DNA from: Candidatus Binataceae bacterium
Lineage (GTDB): Bacteria > Desulfobacterota > Binatia > Binatales > Binataceae
Assembly: GCA_015478645.1 (NCBI GenBank)
Contig: JADMIL010000006.1
Coordinates: 29,609-93,608, forward strand
Direction: 5' to 3'
Length of the DNA: 64,000 bases
A program made the position numbers and the translations under genes. Every line of letters begins with the position of its first letter. The stretch's first letter is position 1. The notes beneath the pieces are model-generated. The model saw nothing but the letters and a program-made list of their open reading frames with translations, had not been told where the DNA came from and ran no database searches. Below, one piece after another: positions 36,191 to 46,002 of the stretch.

Positions 36191-39103
36191 ATGGAAGTTG
36201 AACAGGAACAGGAATCCGCCGTCCGCGAGAGCGAGCTGCGCATGCTCGCGGCCATCGTCAACGCCTCGGAAGACGCGATTGCCAGTATGTCGCTCGACCA
36301 TACCATGACCAGTTGGAACCGCGGCGCCGAGAAACTCTTTGGCATCACCCCGGACGAAGCGCTCGGCCGCAATATGCTGGACTTCGTGCTGCCCCAGGAT
36401 CACGCACGCGTGCTTGATTCGGTGGCCCAATTGGCGCGCACCGGCACCCCGATGAGCTTCAGCTTGCATGGCGTACGGAAAGACGGTGCCGCATTCGACC
36501 TCTGGGTAAATATTTTTTCGATCTTTGACGCGCGCGGCAACCTCAGCCGCTTCGGCGCGATCGCGCGAAATATAACCGACGTGGCCCTGCTGCTGCGCGA
36601 ACAGGCCTTGCTCGCGGCCATCGTGCAGTCCTCGGACGACGCCATCGTCAGCATCTCGCTGGACTACCGGGTTACGACCTGGAACAACGGCGCGCAGAAG
36701 CTGTTCGGCTACACCGCCGGCGAAGCAATCGAGTCGACCATCCTGGATCTTTTCGTGCAACCGGAAAACCGCGCACGAGTGATCGGAGTGATCCGCGAAG
36801 ATCTGGCCGCGCTGCGCGACGATCCGACTTTCGTCCGGCATGTCGAAGCTACCTGCCGGAGAAAAGATGGCAGCCTCGTCGAGGTCGCGATGGTAGTTAC
36901 CGGAATTCCCGATACCGCCGGCAACATTATGGGGATAGCGCTGATCGTGCGCGACGTCACCGCCCACAATCGCGCCGCCCGCGAAGCCGCGATTCTCGCC
37001 ACGGTGGTAAATGCCTCGCAGGACGTAATCGTCTACACGACCCCGGAGGCCCGGATCACCACGTGGAACCCGGCGGCGGAGAGAACCTTGGGCTATACCG
37101 CGGCCGAGGCCATCGGGCAGGGTATCGAACTCTTTGTTCCGCCGGAAAAACTCGCAGCGACCATGGCGGCAATCCGGCTTGCGGCCCAGAGCGGCCAACC
37201 AGGAACCTGGGAGCAACATGGCCATCGGCCGGACGGCGCGGCGTACATTTCCGCCGTCAATATTTTTCCCGTCCGCGACGCGGCCGGGAAGATCACCGGC
37301 GTCGCCGGCATCGGCCGCGATATCACTTCGCTCAAGGAGACCGAGCGCCAGTTGATCGACGCGCGCGAGGCAGCGCTGGCCGCGTCGCAGGCCAAATCAG
37401 AATTCCTCTCGAGCATGTCGCACGAGATCCGCACACCGATGACCGCGATTCTGGGCATGGCGGAACTGCTCGCCGACGGCCAGACCAACGAAGAGCAGCG
37501 CCGCTATCTCGAGATCCTGCGCAACAACGGCCACGCGCTGCTCGACCTGATTAACAGCATCCTCGATCTCGCCAAGGTCGAGAGCGGCCGCCTGACGCTC
37601 GAACACGTCGGTTTCGATCTCGCCGAGGTCGTCGAAAAATCGGCCCAGACGCTCGCGATCCGCGCGCACGCCAAGCGCCTGGAGCTGATCGTCAGCATCG
37701 CGCCCGACGTCCCGCTAGCCGTGATGGGCGATCCGCTGCGCCTGCGCCAGGTGCTGATCAATCTGATCGGCAACGCGATCAAGTTTACCGAGCGCGGCGA
37801 GGTGCTGGTTGCCGTCGAGCGCGAGAGCGCCCCGGACCGGCCCTTGCGCCTCAAATTTCTGGTCCGCGATACCGGCATCGGTATCGCCCAAGAAAAGCTG
37901 CCGGCCTTGTTTGCGGTCTTCTCCCAGGCCGACTCGTCGACCGCCCGCAAATACGGCGGCAGCGGCCTGGGCCTCGCGATCGTCAAGCGCCTGGTCGGTC
38001 TGATGCGCGGTGAGGTCACGGTCCAGAGCGCGGCCGGCATGGGCAGCACCTTCAGCTTCTCCGCGCCCTTCGATGCGCAGCCGCATCCGCCCGCAAGCGC
38101 GTGCTGGCCCGACCTCGCCCAGGTACCCATCCTGATCGTCGAAGGCAACGCAACCGCCCGCGCGGTCCTGCGCCAGACCTTGAGCAGCCGCGGCGCGCGC
38201 CTTACGGAAGCCGCCGCGTATGCGGCCGGCCTGACCGCCATCAAGCGGGCGATCGCAGACGGACGGCCGCCACGTATCGTACTGCTCGACGATCCGCTCC
38301 CGGCACCGCAACCTCACGAGTTGACGGAACTGATCGCGGCAGCGGCGCAATGTGACGCGTCGATTATCATGCTCATCCGATGTGACAACCTGGGCGCCGA
38401 TGTTGCGCGGCTGCGATCGTTGAAGCTCGAACGCTATCTGCTCAAACCGCTCGAAATGAGCGACCTGGCCAACGAAATATGCCACGCGATCGCCGCCGAC
38501 AGCGCTACGCCGACCGCCGCCGACCACCACTGCCTGCCCGCCGCGACCGACGACCATTCGCCGATCGCCGGTCGGCCGCTGCGGATTCTCTTCGCCGACG
38601 ATTCGACCGACAACCGGATTCTGATCCGCGCCTTCCTCAAGGAGACCCCTTATCTTCTTGACGAAGTCGAAAACGGCCGCCAGGCCGTCGCTAGCTTTGT
38701 CGCCGGCCACTACGACCTGGTCCTGATGGACATCCAGATGCCTGAAGTCGACGGCTACGCCGCGACGCGCGCGATTCGTGCTTGGGAGTGCCATCATGAT
38801 CGCGCCCATACTCCAATCATTGCGCTGACCGCCTCGGTCTTCAGCGAAGCGGTCCGCCTTGCGCGGATCGCCGGATGTGACGCGCACGTCGGTAAGCCGA
38901 TTAATCGGGCGACCCTGCTGCGGACGATCTACGATGCGGTCCGCACCGTCACCCCGGAGCGCTCGAATTTTGTGGAGCGCACCGATCTTGCGGAGCGCGC
39001 CGATTTTGTGGAGCGCGCCGATCTTGCGCGGCGAGCGGTCATCGCGGATGACGACGTTCGCGCCGCCCACGACGCGCCGCGGGACCGTCCGACGCGGGCG
39101 TAA
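36191..39103 (+). CDS. Multi-PAS hybrid sensor histidine kinase (4 PAS, HisKA, HATPase, pseudo-receiver, receiver)
   Basis: Four repeated PAS-like modules (...SW/TWNxGAEKLFGYT...). H-box SHEIRTPMTAILG. N/G boxes NLIGNAIKFT, DTGIGI and GGSGLGLAIV. Receiver DLVLMDIQMPEVDG...GKP. An 18-bp x4 repeat lies at the 3' end. Confidence 0.9.
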   Translation: MEVEQEQESAVRESELRMLAAIVNASEDAIASMSLDHTMTSWNRGAEKLFGITPDEALGRNMLDFVLPQDHARVLDSVAQLARTGTPMSFSLHGVRKDGAAFDLWVNIFSIFDARGNLSRFGAIARNITDVALLLREQALLAAIVQSSDDAIVSISLDYRVTTWNNGAQKLFGYTAGEAIESTILDLFVQPENRARVIGVIREDLAALRDDPTFVRHVEATCRRKDGSLVEVAMVVTGIPDTAGNIMGIALIVRDVTAHNRAAREAAILATVVNASQDVIVYTTPEARITTWNPAAERTLGYTAAEAIGQGIELFVPPEKLAATMAAIRLAAQSGQPGTWEQHGHRPDGAAYISAVNIFPVRDAAGKITGVAGIGRDITSLKETERQLIDAREAALAASQAKSEFLSSMSHEIRTPMTAILGMAELLADGQTNEEQRRYLEILRNNGHALLDLINSILDLAKVESGRLTLEHVGFDLAEVVEKSAQTLAIRAHAKRLELIVSIAPDVPLAVMGDPLRLRQVLINLIGNAIKFTERGEVLVAVERESAPDRPLRLKFLVRDTGIGIAQEKLPALFAVFSQADSSTARKYGGSGLGLAIVKRLVGLMRGEVTVQSAAGMGSTFSFSAPFDAQPHPPASACWPDLAQVPILIVEGNATARAVLRQTLSSRGARLTEAAAYAAGLTAIKRAIADGRPPRIVLLDDPLPAPQPHELTELIAAAAQCDASIIMLIRCDNLGADVARLRSLKLERYLLKPLEMSDLANEICHAIAADSATPTAADHHCLPAATDDHSPIAGRPLRILFADDSTDNRILIRAFLKETPYLLDEVENGRQAVASFVAGHYDLVLMDIQMPEVDGYAATRAIRAWECHHDRAHTPIIALTASVFSEAVRLARIAGCDAHVGKPINRATLLRTIYDAVRTVTPERSNFVERTDLAERADFVERADLARRAVIADDDVRAAHDAPRDRPTRA

Positions 39104-39140
39104 CGGCGAGGGCTGGCGAAAGGATCAGGAGGTAAGATCG

Positions 39141-39581
39141 ATGGCCGTCACGACACTTATAGTCGACGATTCCGGGGAAACGCGGGCCTGGCTGAAAGTC
39201 AAGCTTGGTACGATCGGATGCGAGGTCGTCGGCGAGGCTGAGGACGCCGCGGCCGCGCTGCCACTGTTCGAGGCTTTGCGCCCGCGGCTGGTCATCCTCG
39301 ACATCGTGATGCCCGACGTGGACGGACTGACCGCGATCGATCTGTTCCGCCACATCATCGGGCTGGACCCCGAAGTGGCGGTGCTCGTGGTCAGTGCGCG
39401 GCCCGTTGCGGATTCCCACAGGTTCCTGAAGCTGGGCGCCATCGGCTATCTCGAAAAGCCGTTCATCGATTTCGATAAGGTTGCCAAGCTGCTCACGGCT
39501 TGTTTCCCCGAACTCGACGCCAGCCGCCCGGCCGCCGGCGCAAAACGCGGCTTGTCGGCGCGCCTCGGCCGCCATTCCTGA
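39141..39581 (+). CDS. Single-domain CheY-like response regulator
   Basis: AGGAGG RBS. LIVDDSGETR...LVILDIVMPDVDG...VVSAR...YLEKPF. Confidence 0.85.
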   Translation: MAVTTLIVDDSGETRAWLKVKLGTIGCEVVGEAEDAAAALPLFEALRPRLVILDIVMPDVDGLTAIDLFRHIIGLDPEVAVLVVSARPVADSHRFLKLGAIGYLEKPFIDFDKVAKLLTACFPELDASRPAAGAKRGLSARLGRHS

Positions 39582-39647
39582 GTTTCCAGCTCCCGCTCCT
39601 CGCGCGACAGCGGTCTCCCGCCGCGTCTTGCTCCCGGTGCTTGCCCA

Positions 39648-39763
39648 TTAGGGAACCTCTGCACAAGGCTCTGCTGTCACCCTGAGCGCAGCGAATGGGT
39701 CCCGGATCCGGGATTCTTCGCTGCGCTCAGAATGACAACCTAACTGGTGCAGAGGTTCACTAG
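39648..39763. repeat. Nested-palindrome MITE/REP-like element, copy 4 (orientation B on the plus strand)
   Basis: TTAGGGAACCTCTGCACAAG...GTCACCCTGAGCGCAGCGAATGGGTCCCGGATCCGGGATTCTTCGCTGCGCTCAGAATGAC...CTGGTGCAGAGGTTCACTAG. The terminal CTA (39760-39762) is the stop codon of the minus-strand usp gene. Confidence 0.9.
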
Positions 39764-40596
39764 CGCGACATGAAGACCGGGCACGGCGCGTTGCGCAGCA
39801 GATACTCGGTATTCGATCCGATCACCATCTCGATAATCCGGCTGTGCCCGTAGGCGCCGATAAACAGCAGGTCGGCGTCGAAGCTCTTGAGCGACGCGAT
39901 AATACCCTCATGCGCATGGCCCGGGACCAGCTTGAATTCGGCCTTGAGCGCGTAGGGCTCCAGGTAGCTGCGGGCCTGCGCCAGGGTGCGCTCGCCGAGT
40001 TTCAGATCGCGCGCAACGGTGATTACCGCCAGCGGCACCTCGAGCGTGCTGGCGAACTCAGCCGCCGCGCGCATCGCGCGGGCCGCGCGATCGCTGCCAT
40101 CGTAGGCCAGCAGCGGGCGGCGAATCTCGCGCATCCGCACCGGCGAGACCATCAGCGGACGCGGCGACTTGCGCGCCACGCTCTCGGTGGTCGATCCGAG
40201 CAGGCCGGTCGAAAAGCGCTCGTTGAGCCCGCGATGCCCGATCATCACGAGGTCGGCTAATTTGGCCCGCTCGCAGATCTGATTGGCCACCACGCCGATC
40301 TCCATCACGGTCTCGGCCGGCAGATTTTCGCGCTGCGCGGCGGCGGCAAATTCGTCGAGCACCGCGGTCCCGCGGGCGCTCAGCACCTGGCGCATTTTCG
40401 AGGAAAAATCGAGGTAGGGTTCAAGTCCCAGCGAACCTGATATATCATGCAGCAGAGACCCCTCGATCGACACGATATCGATTACATGAAGGCCAATCAG
40501 GGTTGCCCCGAAACGGCGCGCGAGATGAAAGGCGTAGGCCTGCGCGGTGCGCGCATGCTCGGACGTGTCGATGCCGACCAGGATACGTTTGATCAT
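39760..40596 (-). CDS. Tandem-domain universal stress protein (UspA family)
   Basis: Start at ATG 40594-40596 after GGAGG. MIKRILVGIDTSEHARTAQAYA...LIGLHVID. Second domain GSTTESVARKSPRPLMV and GSNTEYLLRNAPCPVFM. Confidence 0.85.
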   Translation of the reverse strand: MIKRILVGIDTSEHARTAQAYAFHLARRFGATLIGLHVIDIVSIEGSLLHDISGSLGLEPYLDFSSKMRQVLSARGTAVLDEFAAAAQRENLPAETVMEIGVVANQICERAKLADLVMIGHRGLNERFSTGLLGSTTESVARKSPRPLMVSPVRMREIRRPLLAYDGSDRAARAMRAAAEFASTLEVPLAVITVARDLKLGERTLAQARSYLEPYALKAEFKLVPGHAHEGIIASLKSFDADLLFIGAYGHSRIIEMVIGSNTEYLLRNAPCPVFMSR

Positions 40597-40756
40597 CGGC
40601 CGGACCTCCGTCGGTCGATCGGCGATACCATGCGCGACGCGGACCACTCAAGCGGATGCGCCTCCGGCCGGCGCGGCGCGCCCGGCGCAATCGCGATGCG
40701 ACCTTCCGGCGGGCGGCAGCAGCGCCTTCAGCCCCAACCAGCGGCGGTAACCGTCT

Positions 40757-41044
40757 ATGAGCGATAACAAGAGTGCGCGCCTGCTCCGGCTGGTCGACGA
40801 ACTGGCCGAGGCGGCCAAGCGCGTCGGCCTCGAGGTGCGCCGGGAACGAATCCTGCGCGAAATCGGCTATCGCGCGCGCGGCGGCGCCTGTCGCCTGCGC
40901 GAAACCGACATGATCATCATCGATCGCGATCAGCCGCCCGCCGAGCAGATCGAAGTACTGGCCGAAGCGCTGCGCGCCCGCGACCTCGAGGCCGTCTACC
41001 TGTCGCCCGCGGCGCGCCGGGTGCTGCAGACGGGTCCCGATTAG
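40757..41044 (+). CDS. Hypothetical 95-aa protein upstream of fur
   Basis: GC3-rich codon usage. MSDNKSARLLRLVDELAEAAKRVGLEVRRERILREIGYRARGGACRLRETDMIIIDRDQPPAEQIEVLAEALR... No family recognised. Lies 16 nt before the fur ATG. Confidence 0.5.
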   Translation: MSDNKSARLLRLVDELAEAAKRVGLEVRRERILREIGYRARGGACRLRETDMIIIDRDQPPAEQIEVLAEALRARDLEAVYLSPAARRVLQTGPD

Positions 41045-41060
41045 GGCGGGGGAGCCGGCC

Positions 41061-41558
41061 ATGCCGCGCGCCGACGAACTGAGCGAAGCGGGCCGTCCCG
41101 TCCACGCCCGCCCGCGCCGGCTGACGGCCAGCGACCGCATGGCGACGTTCCATTCGCGGCTGCGCGAGCGCGGGCTCAAATCGACCGCGCCGCGCGACGA
41201 TATCGCGCGGGTGTTTTTCGGCCTCGGCCGCCATATCAGCGCCGAGGAACTGTTCGCCGAGGTCAAGAAGGTTAACCAGCACGTTGGCTATGCGACTATT
41301 TACCGCACGCTCAAACTGTTGAAGGAATGCGACCTGGTGTTCGAGCGCCATTTCGACGAAGGACAGGCGCGGTACGAGGTCGCTGGCGAGCATCATCACG
41401 ACCATTTTATCTGCGAGCGCTGTGGCAAGATTCTGGAATTCGAGAACAATGATATCGAGCGCATGCAGCAGGCGATTGCGAGCAAGCTCGGCGTCATCCT
41501 GACCCATCACAAGATGGAATTGTACGGGCTGTGCGCCGACTGCCGGACCGCGCAGTAG
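41061..41558 (+). CDS. fur: Fur-family metalloregulator
   Basis: GLKSTAPRDDIARVFF...HISAEELF...VGYATIYRTLKLLKECDLV, metal site HHHDHFICERCGKILEF and C-terminal LYGLCADC. GGGGGAG RBS before 41061; an alternative ATG is at 41139. Confidence 0.85.
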   Translation: MPRADELSEAGRPVHARPRRLTASDRMATFHSRLRERGLKSTAPRDDIARVFFGLGRHISAEELFAEVKKVNQHVGYATIYRTLKLLKECDLVFERHFDEGQARYEVAGEHHHDHFICERCGKILEFENNDIERMQQAIASKLGVILTHHKMELYGLCADCRTAQ

Positions 41559-41632
41559 ACCGGCGCGCTCATCGACTTTCGTTAGCCTCGCCCGTGGAAA
41601 ATCGAAAACACCAACTGATGCCGCCTTGGACC

Positions 41633-42421
41633 TCATTGCGATTGGGCTCCGTCCGCGGTCACGATCCAGGTAGGCGCGTGGTCGCTCGCTCTTTCCCAGC
41701 CGCGGACTTCGCGATCGACCCCCGCGGTAACCAGACGTGCGGCCGCGGACGGGCTCAGGAGCAGATGATCGATACGCAGGCCCGCATCTCGCACATAGTT
41801 GTTTCGAAAGTAATCCCAAAAAGTGAAGATGCGCTCATGCGGATGGAGCTTGCGCAAAGCGTCAGTCCAGCCCATCGCGACCAGGTTGGCGAACGCGGTT
41901 CGTACTTCCGGAAGAAAGAGCGCATCATTAAGCCAGCGTTCGGGCTTGTATACATCGATATCCGTTGGGATAACGTTGTAGTCGCCGGCGAGAACGACCG
42001 GCTCCGCCGCGGCGAGTAGTTCTTGCGCGTGTTTCGTGAAGCGCTCCAACCATCGCAGTTTGTAATCGAATTTCGGGCCGGGTGCTGGATTACCGTTGGG
42101 TAGATAAAGACATCCTATGCGCATGCCATTAATCAGCGCCTCAATATAGCGGCTGTGTAGGTCCTCTGGATCGCCGGGCAGGCCACGACGAATCTCGACT
42201 GGATCTGCGCCGCGCGCGAGGATTGCGACACCGTTCCAGCTCTTTTGCCCATGCCAGACCACGCCATAGCCGGCTTCACGAATAGCGGCTTCCGGAAATC
42301 TCTCCTGCGGCGCCTTCAATTCCTGAAGACACGCAACGTCCGGCTTGGATTCGGCGAGCCAGCGCAGAAGCGCCGATAGGCGAGCACTGATGCCGTTGAC
42401 GTTGAAGGTCGCTATTTTCAT
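41633..42421 (-). CDS. xthA: Exodeoxyribonuclease III (AP endonuclease)
   Basis: MKIATFNVNGISARL...PDVACLQELK...GDYNVIP...RIDHLLLSP...SDHAP. Confidence 0.92.
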   Translation of the reverse strand: MKIATFNVNGISARLSALLRWLAESKPDVACLQELKAPQERFPEAAIREAGYGVVWHGQKSWNGVAILARGADPVEIRRGLPGDPEDLHSRYIEALINGMRIGCLYLPNGNPAPGPKFDYKLRWLERFTKHAQELLAAAEPVVLAGDYNVIPTDIDVYKPERWLNDALFLPEVRTAFANLVAMGWTDALRKLHPHERIFTFWDYFRNNYVRDAGLRIDHLLLSPSAAARLVTAGVDREVRGWERASDHAPTWIVTADGAQSQ

Positions 42422-42492
42422 TAGGCTTCCGATTAGTCCGTGACGAGCTGAACAAAACCTGCCAAATCGCGCTAATCGTGTAGACTTAGCTT

Positions 42493-43797
42493 ATGGGGAA
42501 AAAAGACGCCATCGAGTTGCTCTCCATCAACGGACGCGAAGTCCGAGTCACTAATCCGGGCAAGCTGTATTTCGCGCAGCAGACAAAGCTCTCCAAAATC
42601 GAATTGGTTCGCTACTACTTGTCAGTCGCCACGGGCGCGCTCGTCGGAATCCGGGACCGTCCGCTTGTTCTCAAGCGCTACGTTAAGGGCGCCGACGGTG
42701 AGGCGTTCTATCAGAAACGCGCACCAGCGCAGCGCCCCTCGTGGCTGCGAACGATAACCCTCGCGTTCCCTTCGGGGCGCAGTGCGGAGGAAATCGTTGT
42801 CGATGACGCGGCGGGGCTTGCGTGGATCGTCAATCTGGGTTGCCTCGAGCTCCATCCGCATCCTGTGCGCGCCGGCGATCTTGATCATCCGGACGAGTTG
42901 AGGGTCGATCTCGATCCTGGTCCTGGCGTCAGTTGGGCCGACGTGCGCGCAGTGGCGCTCGAGGTAAAATTCCTGCTGGAAGAAATGGGACTTCGTGGCT
43001 GGCCCAAGACCAGCGGGTCGCGGGGGCTGCACATCAATGTGCGTATTTATCCGCGATGGACCTTCGACGAGGTGCGTCGCGCGGCGCTAGCTCTGGCGCG
43101 GGCGGTCGAACGGCGCGCGCCCAGCCTGGCCACTTCGAAATGGTGGAAAGAGGAGCGCCATGGCGTGTTCCTCGACTACAACCAGAATGCGAAGGACCGT
43201 ACGACCTGCTCGGCATATTCTGTGCGCCCGCTCCCCGACGCCCGTGTCTCTGCGCCGCTTCACTGGCACGAGGTTGCCGACTGCGAGCCGTCGGACTTTA
43301 CCGTGCGCACAATGCCCAAACGCTTTCTTGCGATCGGCGATCCGCAGGAAGGCATTGACGGAGCGGCCGGTTCGCTCAAAAAATTGCTCGAGCTTGCAGC
43401 ACGAGACGAAGCCGCGGGTCTCGGCGACGCGCCCTGGCCACCGCATTTTCGCAAGATGGAGAGCGAACCGCGCCGGGTCGCTCCTTCGCGTGCCAAGTCC
43501 GTCGCAACCGCGCCGCGAACGAAGATGCTGATAGTTGTTGCCAACTCACCAAACAAAGAGGCCGCGCTCTCGGGTTTGGAAAGATGGAAGCGCAAACATG
43601 GCGCGGTTGTGGACCTTCTCGCCGCCGATGACGTGCTGATCGATTCGATGCGGGGAAGATCATCCACCTGGACGCGGATCCGAATAAACTTGCGCCATGT
43701 GCCCAAAGACTTACGGCCTCTTCAGGAAACTCCTGATCCTGACGACGACCCAACTCGCGAAGGGCGTAAAATACGTGCGTCAAAGAAGGGTATCTGA
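42493..43797 (+). CDS. Stand-alone LigD-type primase-polymerase domain protein (Prim-PolC-like) with ~130-aa C-terminal extension
   Basis: VRVTNPGKLYF..., KRYVKGADGEAFYQKRAP, catalytic RVDLDPGP, and KTSGSRGLHINVRI. Length 434 aa versus roughly 300 aa for a bare Pol domain. Confidence 0.85.
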   Translation: MGKKDAIELLSINGREVRVTNPGKLYFAQQTKLSKIELVRYYLSVATGALVGIRDRPLVLKRYVKGADGEAFYQKRAPAQRPSWLRTITLAFPSGRSAEEIVVDDAAGLAWIVNLGCLELHPHPVRAGDLDHPDELRVDLDPGPGVSWADVRAVALEVKFLLEEMGLRGWPKTSGSRGLHINVRIYPRWTFDEVRRAALALARAVERRAPSLATSKWWKEERHGVFLDYNQNAKDRTTCSAYSVRPLPDARVSAPLHWHEVADCEPSDFTVRTMPKRFLAIGDPQEGIDGAAGSLKKLLELAARDEAAGLGDAPWPPHFRKMESEPRRVAPSRAKSVATAPRTKMLIVVANSPNKEAALSGLERWKRKHGAVVDLLAADDVLIDSMRGRSSTWTRIRINLRHVPKDLRPLQETPDPDDDPTREGRKIRASKKGI

Positions 43798-43809
43798 TCG
43801 CGTACCGGC

Positions 43810-44892
43810 TCAAATGTCCCGGGCAAAAATGGCTTTCAGCTCGTGCGGCGGAACAACTTCAAGCTGCTCGTAGGTGCAATCGCGTGGTTTCTTGTCGGTA
43901 CGCCATCTGCGGAACTGCGCCATATGACGGAAGCGCGTGCCCTGCATATGCTCATATGCGATTTCCACTACTAGCTCCGGTCTGAGCGGCTCCCACGCTA
44001 GGTTCTTGCCGTGGCTCCAACGGCTCTGACTACCCGGCATCCGACGTGGTGCATCACTTGAAGTGGGCTCCGCCCACGACTTCCATGGATGATCGGCTAG
44101 AGCGTTGTTACGATAGGGAGCCAGCAATCTCACCAGCTCCTGACGGTTAATTTGCGTGAAGCTCGCGCATACGCCGACGTGTTGCAGCGCCCCCGAGCCG
44201 TCAAACAGGCCGAGTAGAAGCGAGCCGATAGCCGTGCCGTCACCGCCTTTGTGCCATCGAAAGCCAGCCACGACACAATCGCAGTCGCGCTCATGCTTGA
44301 CCTTGAACATCACGCGCTTGTCAGGCTGATAGGTGTCGGAAATCGGCTTGGCTATAACCCCGTCGAGGCCCGCGCCCTCAAAACGCCTGAACCAATCCGA
44401 CGCGACATTTAACTCACGCGTCGCCGGAGTCAGATAAATTGGCGGTACCGCACTGGCCAGCAGCGACTCCAGCTTTTCGCGCCGCTGCTCGAACGGTTCG
44501 CTCCGCCAATCGCGGTTTCCTTCGCACAGCAAGTCGAAAAAGACCATCGATGCAGGACTCTGCCGGGAAAGCAGTTTCACCCGCGAGGCCGCTGGATGAA
44601 TCCGGAGCTGCAATTCCTCGAAGTCGAGCCCATCGTTCTTTGCGACAACGATTTCACCGTCGAGAACACATCGAGCGGGCAGCTGTGCATTCAGCGGCTC
44701 GAGCAACTCGGGAAAGTATCGATTGAGCGATTTCGCATCGCGGCTCTGAATAAGGATTTCGTCCCGGTCGCGGAAGATCACCGCGCGAAACCCGTCCCAC
44801 TTCGGTTCGAAGATCCAATCTTGGCCCACCGGTAACTCGTCAATTCGCTTCGCGAGCATCGGCAGTATCGGCGGGTTCACGGGAAGATTCAT
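43810..44892 (-). CDS. ligC: ATP-dependent DNA ligase, LigC-type (about 360 aa, ligase domain only)
   Basis: Start at ATG 44890-44892 (MNLPVNPPILPMLAKRIDELP). Adenylation motif I FEPKWDGFRA, then DGEIV, LDGVIAK and KVKH motifs. Confidence 0.87.
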   Translation of the reverse strand: MNLPVNPPILPMLAKRIDELPVGQDWIFEPKWDGFRAVIFRDRDEILIQSRDAKSLNRYFPELLEPLNAQLPARCVLDGEIVVAKNDGLDFEELQLRIHPAASRVKLLSRQSPASMVFFDLLCEGNRDWRSEPFEQRREKLESLLASAVPPIYLTPATRELNVASDWFRRFEGAGLDGVIAKPISDTYQPDKRVMFKVKHERDCDCVVAGFRWHKGGDGTAIGSLLLGLFDGSGALQHVGVCASFTQINRQELVRLLAPYRNNALADHPWKSWAEPTSSDAPRRMPGSQSRWSHGKNLAWEPLRPELVVEIAYEHMQGTRFRHMAQFRRWRTDKKPRDCTYEQLEVVPPHELKAIFARDI

Positions 44893-45155
44893 ACTTCCAA
44901 CGCCAATGCGACGCGTGACCACGAGCTTTGCGGCGCTCGATCTCTCATTGAGGTGCAGGGCCGGGAACGCACGTAAGTACCGGCGGTTAACCAAGTACTA
45001 TCCGGCTGGCCGCACGCACCGTCGCAAGCACAGCCGGAGCCAGGAGTAATGGCGCTTGGAGGCACACCCAATAGATAAGTCATCGTACTTTGCGCCATGC
45101 AAGTCCCGGAACTAGCTAAAATTAAAAACAGTGCAAGTATCAACTGGTTTCCCAT
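44889..45155 (-). CDS. Small Cys-rich secreted hypothetical protein (88 aa)
   Basis: GAGG RBS 6 nt upstream. Signal MGNQLILALFLILASSGTCMA. GSGCACDGACG. Its stop overlaps the ligC start (ATGA). AT-rich 5' half. Confidence 0.4.
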   Translation of the reverse strand: MGNQLILALFLILASSGTCMAQSTMTYLLGVPPSAITPGSGCACDGACGQPDSTWLTAGTYVRSRPCTSMRDRAPQSSWSRVALALEV

Positions 45156-45258
45156 TTTAGACCTCGAAAAAGAGATGACCGACTCTGCGGTCGCCTCTTA
45201 TTGAATAAACGCTGTAAGTACATCCTTGGCTGATCTATCCACGCGACATTTTCCTGAA

Positions 45259-46002
45259 TCATCGCTTATAAGTCGCTACATGTTTAAAAGCATCGGCGAC
45301 GAGCTTCATTGGACCTTTCCCGATTCTTCCTAAACAATATTTGGCAAAAATCATAACTTCTGGATTCGGATCTTGAGAAAGCTTCTCCAAGTAATCGCGC
45401 ACCCTTGGAGTACCGATGGCGCCAAGCAGTTCCGTTGCAAACTGGCGATCCTCCGGGCTCTTGCTACCGGCCAGCCTGATCGCCTGATCCAGCCCGGCAT
45501 CACGTATTTGAGCCGAAACGTCGCCGGACCGGTGACGACTACACAAATGTAAGTAACCAATTTAAAAACTTCTATGCGCAGAAACTCGATTCCCTAAGGA
45601 AAATAATTCCGGCTCTGCAGAATAGAATTCAAACCCCTGCTTGGTCCCATCGATGATTACGATCCCGGCGCAAGAGGGCCTGTCAACGATTCCTAGTCCT
45701 GCCACCAGCGACAGAAACCCTTGACGGCGAAGATCCGCAAATTGGAACGAGCACACATACACTCCGCCCGGTTCGATAGCCGAAAAACCGCTCTTGGCAA
45801 TTTGAAGCGAACGAATAAAGCCCTCGACAACACTTTTTGCCGGCGGATTGCTGGCTAAGTTCCGTGGCGCCGTAGAGGACCAATCGGATGAGGCCAACCT
45901 CGAGCGTGGCAGCTGGATCGGAGGACGCGCCCAGACCTTCAAAGGCAGCAAGAAGAAAAAAACCGCGATGAGTATACTTAAAATTCTTATGCTCAGTTTC
46001 AT
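45259..46002 (-). pseudogene. Signal-peptide / HEAT-repeat protein gene interrupted by a single in-frame TAA (45562-45564)
   Basis: Track ORFs 45562..46071 (true ATG 46002, MKLSIRILSILIAVFFFLLPLKVWA) and 45259..45546 (TTG-initiated, HEAT-like ATELLGAIGTPRVRDYLEKLSQDPNPEVMIFAKYCLGRIG) are in the same frame. They are separated by one stop and 5 sense codons, and the second part has no RBS. Confidence 0.5.

Noticed and set aside
42493-44892. Annotating the Pol-domain and ligase genes as a split LigD NHEJ system.
   Set aside because: There is no Ku gene and no phosphoesterase domain in the window. The ligase N-terminus and size match the LigC type, and the genes are linked to xthA. The excision-repair reading is preferred, but it remains unverified without whole-genome and phylogenetic checks.
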